Below are positions 10,216-20,520 of a stretch of 64,000 nt of DNA, piece by piece. The stretch comes from Capsulimonadaceae bacterium (GTDB lineage: Bacteria > Armatimonadota > Armatimonadia > Armatimonadales > Capsulimonadaceae): the NCBI GenBank assembly GCA_965215505.1, contig OZ244065.1:1632001-1696000 (forward strand), read 5' to 3'. Positions within the stretch are counted from its first letter, which is position 1. Each line of letters begins with the position of its first letter. Below the pieces are notes generated by a model that was given only the letters and a program-made list of their open reading frames with translations, was not told where the DNA came from and made no database searches. A program made the translations under genes and the position numbers.

Positions 10216-10800
10216 TCACGCCCCCGCGCTTTCCCGCGCTTCGGCCAGGACGCGGTCGCGCAGGGCCGAATAGATCAGGTGTCCGACGACCACATGGACG
10301 TCCTCGACCATCTGCATGTTGTCCGAGTGGACGACGACGTTGTGGCGGGCCAGGCCCGCCAGCTTGCCGCCGCCGAAGCCGCTCCAGCCTAATGTCTCCG
10401 CGCCCGCGGCGTGGGCGGCCTCGACGGCGGCGAGGATGTTCGGCGAGTTGCCGCTGCCGCTGATGGCGACCAGCAGGTCGCCGGGCCGCAGCCAGGTCCG
10501 CGCCTGGGCGGCGAAGACGTTGGCGTACTCGGTGTCGTTGCTCCAGGCGGTCAGGAGCGGCACCGAGTCCACCAGGGACATGCACTCCCAGGGGCGGCCT
10601 CCGTGCAGGAACATGTTCTTCTGGAAGTCGGCGGGCAGGTGGCTGGCGGTCGCCGCCGAGCCGCCGTTGCCGCAGAAGACCGCCCGACGCCCGCCCCGGT
10701 AGTTGTCCCAGAGCAGTGCGGTCGCGGCGTCGATCTCGTCCGTCGAGACTTCGTGCAGCAGTGCGGCCATGCGGCCGAGGTAGTCACGCGCGTAGCTCAT
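10216..10800 (-). CDS. gmhA: SIS-domain phosphoheptose isomerase (GmhA-like)
   Basis: CGNGGSAATASH, AWSND, ISGSGNSPNIL, EDVH. Confidence 0.8.
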   Translation of the reverse strand: MSYARDYLGRMAALLHEVSTDEIDAATALLWDNYRGGRRAVFCGNGGSAATASHLPADFQKNMFLHGGRPWECMSLVDSVPLLTAWSNDTEYANVFAAQARTWLRPGDLLVAISGSGNSPNILAAVEAAHAAGAETLGWSGFGGGKLAGLARHNVVVHSDNMQMVEDVHVVVGHLIYSALRDRVLAEARESAGA

Positions 10801-11318
10801 GTATCAAGGCTCCTTATCAACTTCGCCGGGACGCCGCCCCACATCTGGTTCGGCGGGACGCTCTTGTTGACCAGCGCGCCCGCCGCGATGACGCTGCCCG
10901 CGCCGATCTCCACGCCGCCGAGGACGGTCACGCGCGCGCCGAGCCAGCAGCCGTCGCCGATCGTGATCGGGAGGGCGAAGCCCGGCCCGCACCGCCGCGC
11001 GGCGGGGCCGATCTCGTGCGAGCCCGTCCAGAGCATCGCCTCCGCGCCGATCCAGACGTCTCGGCCGATGGTGATGGGCTTGCCCCAGTCGGCCAGCAGC
11101 GCGCCCCGCCGCTGGATGTGGCTCCCCGCCCCGATCGTGATGAGGTGGGCGTCGTTGCCGAAGTCCAGGTGCGCGTTGAGCGTCACGCCCGGCCCGACGT
11201 GCACGCCCAGCAGCGACCGGACCAGCCGGGCGCGGGCCGACTCGCAAACCAGAATGTTGGGCATCAGCCGGTCGGCCAGGGCCGAATACAGGCAGTGCCG
11301 CAGAAACCGCATGTTCAC
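10797..11318 (-). CDS. Hexapeptide-repeat (LbH) O-acetyltransferase
   Basis: PITIGDGCWLGARVTVLGGVEIGAGSVIAAGALVNKSVPP..WGGVPAK. Confidence 0.88.
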   Translation of the reverse strand: MNMRFLRHCLYSALADRLMPNILVCESARARLVRSLLGVHVGPGVTLNAHLDFGNDAHLITIGAGSHIQRRGALLADWGKPITIGRDVWIGAEAMLWTGSHEIGPAARRCGPGFALPITIGDGCWLGARVTVLGGVEIGAGSVIAAGALVNKSVPPNQMWGGVPAKLIRSLDT

Positions 11319-11362
11319 CGGCTCATGCCTTCACCGACGGGGAAGCCCGTCGAAAGAGATGC

Positions 11363-12736
11363 TTACAGTCTGTCATAGCCTCGCCCCCCTCGTATTATGG
11401 ACGGATTCGCTTCCGGCGAGAGGTCTGACGGCGAGAGGTCTGAGGAGGAGCCGGCGTCCTCGGGCGTCCCGGCCCCTGCGGCGGCGGGCGGCGCGGGGGG
11501 CGGCCTCCGCAGGCGGAAATGCGCCGCCTGCGGGGCGGGCTTCCGGACGCGCCGCGCGTCCGTGTCGCGCGGCACGTTCATGAAGGGGCGCTCGAACAGG
11601 AGGTGGAACAGGTAGCCGAGGCCCACCATCAGCGGGGCGACGAAGAGCAGCATGAACAAGACCTGGGCCGTGTTGGAGAACCGCGCGTGGCCGTAGGTGC
11701 CCAGCACCATCACCATCGGCAGGTGAATCAGGTACACGCTGTAGGAGAACAAGCCCAGCCAGACCAGCAGGGGATGCGACAGCGCCCGGTGCAGGCGCGT
11801 CTCCGAACGGCTCCCGGCGAGCAGCAGGGCGGCGAACAGCAAGCCCCACATGGCATCTGTCAGCGTCTGGAAGTGCCCGTGTCGCCCGTCCAGGATCGCC
11901 AGCAGGGTTATGGCGACCAACAGCAAGCCGTCCACCCATCGCTCGGGGGACTTCTGCTCCGCGTGCCGGCGCGCGACCAGCAGGGCGGCGAACATCCCGA
12001 CCGCGAACTCGAATCCGCGCCCGAAGACGCTGTACGCCAGCACATAGCCGTAGCCGTCGTCCGGCAGATAGTGGCCCCGCACGAGAAAGAACCGGTAGGC
12101 CGTACAGACCAGCAGCACGGCCAGCACGACGCCGCGCGCGTTGAAGCGGCGGTAGGCCTCCACCAGTACGGGGAAGAGGATGTACAACTGGAATTCCAGG
12201 GCGAGCGACCAGAGCGAGCCGTTGACGCTCAGGACGTAATCCGGCCTGGTGTTGTGCAGCATCAGGGCGTGCAGGAACAGCCAGTTCAGCGTGTAATGGG
12301 CGTCGGAACCGGTGTGGTGGAGCCAGGCTTGGGTCAGGGGCACGACGCTGAACAGAATAAGGGTGACGTAGTAGGGCGGCAGGATGCGCCGGCAGCGTTT
12401 CTTGGCGAACTCCCATAGCGTCGGCTCACGCCTCCTCCCGCCTTTGACGAACGGCCAATAGAGGCAGAACCCGGACAGCACCAGGAACAGGTTGACGCCG
12501 ACGTGCCCGAAGCCGAGGACGGGCGCGGCGTTGAAATGGCGAGCGCCGGCGGTCAGGCCCACGGACCACATGCCGCCGAAAAGCCAGCAGTGGTAGAGCA
12601 GCACCATGAGCATCGCCAGGCCACGGAGGCCGTCTATGAAGTGCAGGCGCGGCGCGGGACGAGCTTCAAGCGGCCCCGGCGCGGCCGAATCAGGCGCTAA
12701 GGCAAGCGCGTGCGTTTCTTGCGCCGTTCCTGACAT
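11363..12736 (-). CDS. Acyltransferase family 3 (OafA-like) membrane O-acyltransferase
   Basis: IDGLRGLA, GVNLFLVLSGF, RRILPPYY, WSLALEFQLY, SYSVYLIH. Confidence 0.92.
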   Translation of the reverse strand: MSGTAQETHALALAPDSAAPGPLEARPAPRLHFIDGLRGLAMLMVLLYHCWLFGGMWSVGLTAGARHFNAAPVLGFGHVGVNLFLVLSGFCLYWPFVKGGRRREPTLWEFAKKRCRRILPPYYVTLILFSVVPLTQAWLHHTGSDAHYTLNWLFLHALMLHNTRPDYVLSVNGSLWSLALEFQLYILFPVLVEAYRRFNARGVVLAVLLVCTAYRFFLVRGHYLPDDGYGYVLAYSVFGRGFEFAVGMFAALLVARRHAEQKSPERWVDGLLLVAITLLAILDGRHGHFQTLTDAMWGLLFAALLLAGSRSETRLHRALSHPLLVWLGLFSYSVYLIHLPMVMVLGTYGHARFSNTAQVLFMLLFVAPLMVGLGYLFHLLFERPFMNVPRDTDARRVRKPAPQAAHFRLRRPPPAPPAAAGAGTPEDAGSSSDLSPSDLSPEANPSIIRGGRGYDRL

Positions 12737-13210
12737 TGGGGGTTCTCCCTGCTCACTCGCGTACACGGGCGTTTCTGACGGTTTCAGGGAAGACGGGGCA
12801 CCCCAACGCACCCTTCCAGGGTCGTTCCGACCGGCTCATGTGAACCCCGGCATTGGGTTGAAAAATAGTGTTAGCCTTCAACAATTTTCAGGTGACATGG
12901 CTGAACCATCGTTTGTAATCAAACACCCCGGCTTCAAGTAAATGGCCGTGAGTGTTTCCTCACTCTGTTGTGACAGCGGAAGTGCGCTCGATGACAGATG
13001 ATGCCATAGTCGGAATGAGTCCAACCCGGCAACAGTGTCATATGAATATAGTGCAAGAATCATGCCAAAGTGGCCAGCCGGTTGAGCGCGGCCCTACTGC
13101 CATCAAGGAGCGCCCTTTCCCCTGTGGGCGTCTCAGGGCAGCGGGCGCTCTCAGTTCCGACGCACACGGACCGCGCCGTGCGTGTCGGTCAAGCAGGACG
13201 AGGCTGCGGC

Positions 13211-14173
13211 TCACCGGCGCAGGCCGCGCGTGAAGCCCTGGAGGCGATACAGGTAAGTACGCAGGCCGCTCGGCTTGCGCCCGCGCGCCAGCGCCCGCAG
13301 GAAGCCGCCCAGCGGCTGCGCCAGCTCTTGCAGCGCCTTGAAGCGGTAGCGTGGGCCGCGCCCGCCGCAAACGAGGTAGGCCAAAAACTGCCCCATGCCG
13401 GTGCCGTTGACCTGATGCACGAACGCATGATAGTCCGCCCCGGAACGCGCCCCGGCGTGGTGGACGACGCGGGCTTCGGCCAGGGTGTGCATCTCCAGCG
13501 ATGGACGGTGACACACACAGCGCAGGGCGTACTCGAAGTCCTCGCCCGCTACGCCCGTCCCCGCGCCCAGGGCCGTGTCAAAGCCGCCCACCCGCTCGAA
13601 CGTCGTCCGCCGCAGGGCCATGTTCGCGCCCATGCCGCCGAAGACCTCGGGCTGGAACCAGCGCACGGGCCGTTTCGTGGGCACCCGGCTGTACGGGATG
13701 AACTCCGTCCGCCAGTCGTGGACCTCGGGCGGCAGGACCGTCCCGAACAGGAACGCGAGGCGCGGGTAGGCCGCGAACTCGCGGACGATCTCGGCGAGCC
13801 AGTCTTCCTCAACGACCACGTCGTCGTCGGTGAAGACGATCAGGTCGCCCCGGCTGCCTTCCAGGCCCACATTGCGTGCCCGCGACAGGCCGCGTGTCGG
13901 CGTCGGCAGGTAAAGGACCTCGCCCGCCCCAGCGGCAATCTGCTCGACGGCACGGCGCGTGTCCTCCCCATCGCTCTGGTCCACGACCAGCAGCTCGTCC
14001 GGTCGGTGCCGGCCGGCGAGGATGCTGTTCAGGGTCGCTTCGATCAAGGTGCCCCTGTCGCGCGTACAGATGATGACGGAGACGGTCATGACGGAGACGG
14101 TCATGGCGGGAACAGGGATGGCGGGGGCGGCGGCGGCCTCCCCTATTATAGCGCAATTTTCGGCGGTAGTCAT
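13211..14173 (-). CDS. GT2 glycosyltransferase
   Basis: VSVIICTRDR, LLVVDQS, GLSRARNVG, FTDDD, GGFD...GED. Confidence 0.92.
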   Translation of the reverse strand: MTTAENCAIIGEAAAAPAIPVPAMTVSVMTVSVIICTRDRGTLIEATLNSILAGRHRPDELLVVDQSDGEDTRRAVEQIAAGAGEVLYLPTPTRGLSRARNVGLEGSRGDLIVFTDDDVVVEEDWLAEIVREFAAYPRLAFLFGTVLPPEVHDWRTEFIPYSRVPTKRPVRWFQPEVFGGMGANMALRRTTFERVGGFDTALGAGTGVAGEDFEYALRCVCHRPSLEMHTLAEARVVHHAGARSGADYHAFVHQVNGTGMGQFLAYLVCGGRGPRYRFKALQELAQPLGGFLRALARGRKPSGLRTYLYRLQGFTRGLRR

Positions 14174-14186
14174 GGGTTAGGCACCA

Positions 14187-15395
14187 TTATCGGCGCGGGG
14201 AGCGGACAAAGAGAGGGCGCGGGGTTTCTTCGGGCCGGCCGCTCTCCGCCGAGGCGGGGGCGGGCCGCAGCGCGAACCTCGCGCCGCGCGCCGTCAGGAA
14301 GGGCCTCTCGAACAGCAGGTGGAACCCGTAGGCGGCGGCGACGACCAGCGGGGACGACGCCAGCAGGAGCAGGAACATCGGGACGGGGCCGGGGTGGAAC
14401 AGGCGGGTCAACACGAGGTCCGCCGCATGCAGCAGGGGCGCGTGGACGAGGTAGAGGCTGTAGGAGAACAGGCCGACGCGTACCAGCGGGGGCCAGGACA
14501 GCCAGCGCGTCAGCCGGGACTTCTGGAGGGGCGCATCTTGATAGATCGCCGCCATCGTCAGGGCGGCGGCCAGACCGATCAGGGTGTCCAGGTAGGGCGA
14601 ATAGGCGGCGAAGAACAGCTTGCCTTTGGCGGCGATCGCCAGGACGACGAGTACCCAGAGGCCGTTCGCCAGGGGCCGCCAGAAGGGCCGGGGGCGCGAC
14701 AGCGTTTCGCGCGCGGCGACCGCGCCCAGCGTGAACAGGCCCAAGTACCAGGGCGTGGCCGAGTCCAGCCGGCCGTGGGAGGCGACGTGTGCCAGCAGGC
14801 CCAGGCCGACCGTCCAGGCGAGGGTCCACGCCGTCCCAATCCGCCGGAGGGAGGGCACGATGAGGGGCAGGAACAGGTAGACCTGGCACTCGACGGCGAT
14901 GCTCCAGAGGGGATAATTGATGCTCCCGCCGCGCAGCCCGAGTGGCAGGTCATGGACCAGGGACAGGTGCGCCAGGAACTGCGGCAGGGTCAGCGGCAGG
15001 CTGTTGTCCCAGACCGTGCCGGTGGCTGCGTGGGCGACGGTGACGATGAACAGGCAGGACAGCAGCAGGGAGGCATAGTAGGGCGGGAGGATGCGGCGCG
15101 CGCGCCGGGTGAAGAACTCGCGCAGGGGCGGCATCCGGTCGCCGCGCCGGGCGATGGGCAGCATCAGGCAGAAGCCGGAGACGACGATGAACACGTCCAC
15201 GGCGATGTGCCCGTAGGCCAGGCCTAGGTGGTTCATCAGGCGCGAAGCGTAGTAGCCGTTCGTCGGCTCGAAGTAGGCGTGGCAGACCATGACGAACAGC
15301 GCGGCCACCGCCCGCAGGCCGTCAATGAAGGCGAGGTGCGGCTTTAAGGGTGCGGGCGTTTCGGACGGGACTCGTGGCAGTACCGGAGTAGACAA
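14187..15395 (-). CDS. Acyltransferase family 3 (second copy)
   Basis: IDGLRAVA, VDVFIVVSGF, RRILPPYY, WSIAVECQVY, SYSLYLVH. Confidence 0.92.
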   Translation of the reverse strand: MSTPVLPRVPSETPAPLKPHLAFIDGLRAVAALFVMVCHAYFEPTNGYYASRLMNHLGLAYGHIAVDVFIVVSGFCLMLPIARRGDRMPPLREFFTRRARRILPPYYASLLLSCLFIVTVAHAATGTVWDNSLPLTLPQFLAHLSLVHDLPLGLRGGSINYPLWSIAVECQVYLFLPLIVPSLRRIGTAWTLAWTVGLGLLAHVASHGRLDSATPWYLGLFTLGAVAARETLSRPRPFWRPLANGLWVLVVLAIAAKGKLFFAAYSPYLDTLIGLAAALTMAAIYQDAPLQKSRLTRWLSWPPLVRVGLFSYSLYLVHAPLLHAADLVLTRLFHPGPVPMFLLLLASSPLVVAAAYGFHLLFERPFLTARGARFALRPAPASAESGRPEETPRPLFVRSPRR

Positions 15396-15574
15396 AAGGG
15401 TGTTCCAATCAGGATGCCGATCTCACGACTGCCATGGCGATCCTGCTGCCATGGTGATCCTGTTACAACCACTGTGCAAGAATCATGCCAAAGCGCGGGT
15501 CGGGGAGAATCCCGGCCCGCGCCCTCGTCGGCAAGACTGAAGCACCCTTCAGGAGTACCCTTCAGGAGTGTCCT

Positions 15575-18500
15575 TTAGGGGAGCGCCGGGAAGCCCGGCA
15601 GCACCTCCTGTCCCATGTTGTCCCAGTGGCGCTCGTCGCACCAGGGGCGATAGTTATACCAGTAGGCGCTGGGCAGGCCGGCGCCCACCTGCTCGGGCCG
15701 GTCGTTGCCGGTGTGGTAGACCTGGTGGACCCAGTAGGCCTGCCAGGGGCCGGCGGGCATGGCCTGAGCGGCGGGGATGTCGGCCTCCCAGGCCAGGACC
15801 CCTTGCTCCATGATGCGGAAATGAGTCCGCGACAGGTACAGGTCGAACCGGTGCCGCTTGTCCAGGTCCTGCGCGGTGCCGTTCGCCTGGGGCGTGTGCT
15901 GATAAGGGTCGGTCCGGGCCGTGCCGTGGGCAACGTCCCACGCCATGCCGTTGATCGGGAACAGGGGCATCTCGATGGTCTTGCCGGGCACGGTCGTGCC
16001 GGGGGAAACCATCTCGGGGATGCTCTGGTATCCGTTGATGCGCCAGCGGAAGGCGGTGTCCGTCCCCGACATCACCGCCCTGGCGTCGCCGTCCTTTGAT
16101 CCCGGATTCAGCAGTGTCGCCGAGGCCGGGGCGATGATCAGGTCACACCAGCGGCGCTCGTTGAAGTGGGCGTCCACCTCGAACGTGACGTGCAGGACGC
16201 CGCCGGCCGAGATGTCGGTGGTGGCGCGGGGCATCATCACGAGCGAGGCGTCGTTGTTGTGCAGCGGCCCGCTCACGCCCACCGTGCCGCCGTCGTACAG
16301 AGTCTCCATGAAGTGGCCGCCCATGAAGAACGACTTGGTGGAGATCTGGTCACCGACGTAGTCGCGAATCCGCCACTTGTCGTTCGCCACTTCGGAGTAG
16401 TTGCCGTACTGCCCGTAGGAATCATAGTTGCCGTTCGGGTTCCCGCTCGTGTCCGGCTTCGGCTGCAGCGTGAGGGGCTGCTCGGTCCGGAAGGTGTCGG
16501 CGAAGACCTGCGACCCCTTCAGGACGAACGGCTTGCAGACGACATGGAACGGGGCGGACGCGGCCAGGACGTTCGGCACGTCGGAGGGGTCCCCCTGGCC
16601 GTTGATCGCCTCGTGCATCCCGTCCATCGCCATCGCGCCCGGCCCGGCCATGCCGTCCATCTTCTGGAACGGGCCGAGCTTGTCCACGGCCTCGACCACT
16701 AGGTCCGCGCCCGCCGCCGGGTCCAGGCCGTTCATCTCGATGCTCAGGCCCCCGCCGCTGTACTTGACGGTGTTCGGGTTGGCGACATTGTAAACGCGGT
16801 AATCTACCGCTCCGGGGATGGCGGCGAAGGAAACCACGGCGCTGTCGTCGTTGGGCTGGACGCCCGTGATCTGGATCAGGCCGGGGACCGCAGCCGGGGC
16901 GGACATCAGTGCCGTGGCACTGACGGCACCGCTCTGGCCGCTCTCGACGGGCGTGGAAATGGGCAGGTTGACGGCGGAGACGGTGTAGGAATGGGTCGCG
17001 CCCGGCCTGACATCCTGGTCGTAGTAGTTCAGGCCCCAGAGGCCCGCGCCGACGCGCTGACCATCACGGTAGATGTTGTAGGTGTAGGCCGCATCCTCGC
17101 CGTGCCAGGTGAGGTGGATGCGCGGCACGCCGGCGTTCCACTCGGCCGTGGCGGCGAGCAGGGTCGGCGGCGTCGGGGGGGGCGGCATCCATGCGGGCGG
17201 GGAGGCCGGATTGTAGGCCCCCTGAGCCGTGGCGACGGCGGAGGGCAGTGTCTCGGAACCGTCCACGCCGACAGCCGTGATCGTATAAGTCGGCCCCCAC
17301 ACGAAGGCCGTCGGGGGGACGATGTAGCTGGTCCCGGTCAGGCCGGTCGCGATCTGGGTGTCATACTGGTAGAGGTTGTAGGAGACCGCGCCGGGGACGG
17401 CCGTCCAGGTCAGCGCGTCGGTCGGCGCGGCCTGCCACACGCCCATGACCGTCAGGTTCACCGGGGCGGTGAGGACCATGCCGGGCGGGTTTGGGGCGGT
17501 GGCGGAGACGGACGCCGAGTGCGCCCCCTCGCCGCCCGGCCCGGTCGCCGTGACCGAATAGGCGTAGGTGTGGCCGCTGACGACGTTCATGTCGGTCAGG
17601 GACGGCGTGGTCAGCCCGCCCTGGACCTTGACTCCGTCCCGGTAGACGGCATAGGAGGTCGCACCCGAGACGGCGTTCCAGGCGAGGGCGACGTGCGCCA
17701 TCGCCATGCCGCTGCACGCGGGGCAGGACGTGGCCCAATGCGGGGTGGCGGACAGCCCGGTCGGCGCGTCGGGCAGGGACAGCACGGGGGGCGAGGAGGC
17801 AGGCGGGGCGGTCGTGCCGGTGCCCGGCTTCAGGGCGACCTCGTCCACGGAGAAGGCGGGCTGGGCCGTGCCCGAGGCGTCCGCCACCCACAGGCCGTCC
17901 ATGTCCGGGGCGCCCGCGATGCCGAGGTCGCTGAGGGGGATGGTCACGGACTGCCACTGGTTTGCCCGGAGCGGGCCGAGGGGGACGGCGGTCTGGGGGG
18001 TGCCGCTCCGCAGTGCGCGCACCGAGAGCCGCTGCCCGCCCGCGCTACCGCCGTTGATCCAGAAGGTCACGGCGGCGTAGGGCGCGGCGCTGAACGGCGC
18101 GTGGTGCAGGTAGAGCGCCTGCCAGGGGCCGGCGGTGACGCGGATGGCCTTGCCGGAGTGGGCGGGGGACGTGGAGGCGAGGTCGGTGGCGGCCCAGCTC
18201 CAGGACACCCAGCCGTTGACGAGGCTGTCGGCGTAGACGACCGAGTTCCCGCCGGCGGGGACGGTGGCCGTGGCGGCGGCGCAGGGGTGGCTCTCGCCCG
18301 CCGCGCCGAGGCTCGTGACGGTGTAGGCGTGGGTCTCGCCCGACGCCACGGCGTAGTCGGTCCAGGAGGCGCCGGGGCTGGAGGCGAGGAGATTGCCGTC
18401 ACGGTAGACATTGTAGGACAGGGCGCGCGGCACGGGGAGCCAGGAGAGCTGGACCTGCGCCCCGATCGGCTGCACCCGGCCCGCCGCCGCGAGGCGGCTC

Positions 18501-18643
18501 GGAACGGCGGGCGGGGCGGGGACGGGACTGGCCGGCGGGACCGGCGGGGCCACGACGGGCGTGGTCGCCGCGACAGGCACGGCGGCAGAGATGCCTCCGG
18601 CAAGGGCCAGCGCGGCCCAGGCAGGGGACAGGATAAACTTCAT
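15575..18643 (-). CDS. Large secreted protein with FN3-like repeats, a CBM-like insert and an unassigned C-terminal domain
   Basis: Signal peptide; four modules of type LxW...YN(V/I)Y(R/Q)DG...YTVTA...GES; YADSLVNGWVSWSW segment. Confidence 0.8.
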   Translation of the reverse strand: MKFILSPAWAALALAGGISAAVPVAATTPVVAPPVPPASPVPAPPAVPSRLAAAGRVQPIGAQVQLSWLPVPRALSYNVYRDGNLLASSPGASWTDYAVASGETHAYTVTSLGAAGESHPCAAATATVPAGGNSVVYADSLVNGWVSWSWAATDLASTSPAHSGKAIRVTAGPWQALYLHHAPFSAAPYAAVTFWINGGSAGGQRLSVRALRSGTPQTAVPLGPLRANQWQSVTIPLSDLGIAGAPDMDGLWVADASGTAQPAFSVDEVALKPGTGTTAPPASSPPVLSLPDAPTGLSATPHWATSCPACSGMAMAHVALAWNAVSGATSYAVYRDGVKVQGGLTTPSLTDMNVVSGHTYAYSVTATGPGGEGAHSASVSATAPNPPGMVLTAPVNLTVMGVWQAAPTDALTWTAVPGAVSYNLYQYDTQIATGLTGTSYIVPPTAFVWGPTYTITAVGVDGSETLPSAVATAQGAYNPASPPAWMPPPPTPPTLLAATAEWNAGVPRIHLTWHGEDAAYTYNIYRDGQRVGAGLWGLNYYDQDVRPGATHSYTVSAVNLPISTPVESGQSGAVSATALMSAPAAVPGLIQITGVQPNDDSAVVSFAAIPGAVDYRVYNVANPNTVKYSGGGLSIEMNGLDPAAGADLVVEAVDKLGPFQKMDGMAGPGAMAMDGMHEAINGQGDPSDVPNVLAASAPFHVVCKPFVLKGSQVFADTFRTEQPLTLQPKPDTSGNPNGNYDSYGQYGNYSEVANDKWRIRDYVGDQISTKSFFMGGHFMETLYDGGTVGVSGPLHNNDASLVMMPRATTDISAGGVLHVTFEVDAHFNERRWCDLIIAPASATLLNPGSKDGDARAVMSGTDTAFRWRINGYQSIPEMVSPGTTVPGKTIEMPLFPINGMAWDVAHGTARTDPYQHTPQANGTAQDLDKRHRFDLYLSRTHFRIMEQGVLAWEADIPAAQAMPAGPWQAYWVHQVYHTGNDRPEQVGAGLPSAYWYNYRPWCDERHWDNMGQEVLPGFPALP

Positions 18644-19358
18644 GTCGTTCTCCGGATTCTTATCAAACGCGCGGCAGCCGCGGGTAGGGTTTTGGTAGGA
18701 GCCGTGGCCGAGGGCCGCGACTGCTCTAGATAGTCGGCAAGGGAAAGCCTATAATCAACCGGCAGGGGTACGGGGAAGTGCGACGCGCAAAGGGAAAACT
18801 GTTTTTGCCTGCCGCCTGGAGTCAGGCGGGCCGAGGGCGGGCATGGGGGCTGGGAGAGCCGTCTTACCACCGAGCGAGTGAACAGTATCCCGGAAGCCAC
18901 CGATGGGTGCATCGGCTTTGTCTTGCTCTTCCGGCTATTTTCGTCCGATAGTATACCCGATGTTCGTGAAATAAAGCGCGCAGTTTGGCAGATGACAGCC
19001 TGTTTCTGACTGATCTCAAAATTAGAAGGGCGGCGATCAGGTCTTCCATGATGTCCGGAGTGAGAATGTGGGGGACAGGCTGGCGCTGTCTCCAAGGCTG
19101 ATGTCGCGCAGCCAGAAGATGTCGAGGCCGGATGCGCCCTGAGTGGCGATACGGTTGTGGAGGAGCTTCCGCCGGACAGTCTCGCCCACGCCGCCTTCAA
19201 CCTTCAGCCTGCCCGTCTCATCCGCTGCCGGCCCGATGGTTCGACGGCACGGCCCTGTTTTCCTTTGAAGCCGTCTCCCGGCGGAACTTTTTCCGGAGTG
19301 GAATCGCTTCCTGACAGCAAGGGGCAGTCAAAATCCCCTCCCTGAAAGGAACCAAACG

Positions 19359-19595
19359 ATGAACATTATATCTCGGTCTGCCGCTCTCTTCGGGCTGGCC
19401 GCCCTCGCCTTCGGCACGTTCGCCGCCCCCGCCGGCGCGAAGGCCCCCCCCTACATCCGCCACGCCCAGATGCATCAGGCCAAGCGCCTGGACCGGCAGG
19501 CCGCACACGCCGCCTACAATGGCAACTACCGCCGCGCCAGCCGCCTGCGGCACCAGGCAACTCACCTCCGCGTCGCCGCCCGCCACGGGCACTGA
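19359..19595 (+). CDS. Small secreted His/Arg/Ala-rich protein
   Basis: AAAGGA RBS, signal peptide ending AGA, terminator directly downstream. Confidence 0.7.
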   Translation: MNIISRSAALFGLAALAFGTFAAPAGAKAPPYIRHAQMHQAKRLDRQAAHAAYNGNYRRASRLRHQATHLRVAARHGH

Positions 19596-19610
19596 CGGGT
19601 CAGTAAGTTC

Positions 19611-19650
19611 ACGAAAACCGCCGGGGGCCGTAGCCCCCGGCGGTTTTCGT
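19611..19650. terminator. Bidirectional terminator
   Basis: ACGAAAACCGCCGGGGG-loop-CCCCCGGCGGTTTTCGT between convergent genes. Confidence 0.85.
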
Positions 19651-19655
19651 GCGAG

Positions 19656-20516
19656 TCAGGTCCGGGCCAGGTGCGCGAACTCTTCCAGGCTGAGAGTCTC
19701 GCCCCGGCGGCCCGGATCGAGGCCGGCGGCGGCCAGCGCGGCGGCGGCCCGGTCGCGGTCCCAGCCCAGTGCGGGGTCGCCGCTGAGTGCGTTCAGGAGG
19801 GCCTTGCGGCGCTGGCCGAAGGCGGCGCGGACGACAGCGAAGAACAGCCCCTCGTCGGGGACGGAGACGGGCGGGGCGGCGTGGGGGGTCAGGCGGACGA
19901 TGGCGCTGTCCACGTCGGGGGGCGGGAAGAAGACGCGGCGCGAGACGATGCCGACGGTTTCCACCTGGGCATGGTACTGGCTGAAGACGCCCAGGGAACT
20001 GTAGTCCGGGGTGCCCGGCTTCGCGCCGAGCCGGGCGGCGACCTCCCTCTGCACCAGCAGCACGATCCGGGCGAAGCGGCCCCGCTGGTCCAGAAGCGTC
20101 GTCAGCAGCGGCGAGGTGATGTTGTAGGGGATGTTGGCGACGACCGAGACCGGCCCCGTGCCCGCGAACTGCGCGTCCAGGAAGGCGGGCCAGTCGAGCG
20201 CCATGGCGTCGCCGGGGACGACCTCGACCTGCGTCAGTTCGCCGGTCGTTTCAGCCAGGGCGGGCAGCAAGTCGCCGTCTATTTCCAGCGCGACCACCCG
20301 GCCCGAGGGCGTGACGGCCTCGGCCAGCGAGCGCGTCAGGACGCCCAGGCCCGCGCCGATCTCCAGCACCGAGTCGCCAGGCCCGAGCGCACCGGCCGTG
20401 ACGATCTTCGCCAGCGTGTTGGCATCCACGAGGAAGTTTTGCCCGAAGCGGCGTCGGGGGCGCAGGTCGTGCCGCCTGAGCAGGGCGGCGACGGCGGCAG
20501 GGCTGGAAAGGTTCAT
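19656..20516 (-). CDS. rsmA: 16S rRNA adenine dimethyltransferase
   Basis: FGQNFL, VLEIGAGLG, VANIPYNITSP, QREVAAR, FFPPPDVDSA, AFGQRRK. Confidence 0.95.
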   Translation of the reverse strand: MNLSSPAAVAALLRRHDLRPRRRFGQNFLVDANTLAKIVTAGALGPGDSVLEIGAGLGVLTRSLAEAVTPSGRVVALEIDGDLLPALAETTGELTQVEVVPGDAMALDWPAFLDAQFAGTGPVSVVANIPYNITSPLLTTLLDQRGRFARIVLLVQREVAARLGAKPGTPDYSSLGVFSQYHAQVETVGIVSRRVFFPPPDVDSAIVRLTPHAAPPVSVPDEGLFFAVVRAAFGQRRKALLNALSGDPALGWDRDRAAAALAAAGLDPGRRGETLSLEEFAHLART

Positions 20517-20520
20517 GCCG

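Noticed and set aside
18805-18834. TTGCCTGCC...GGCGGGCCGA, a Ro-helix-like match on the plus strand
   Set aside because: Isolated, lacks the N9-GGTTA part, competes with a CGCCTG/CAGGCG hairpin and is plausible by chance in GC-rich DNA.
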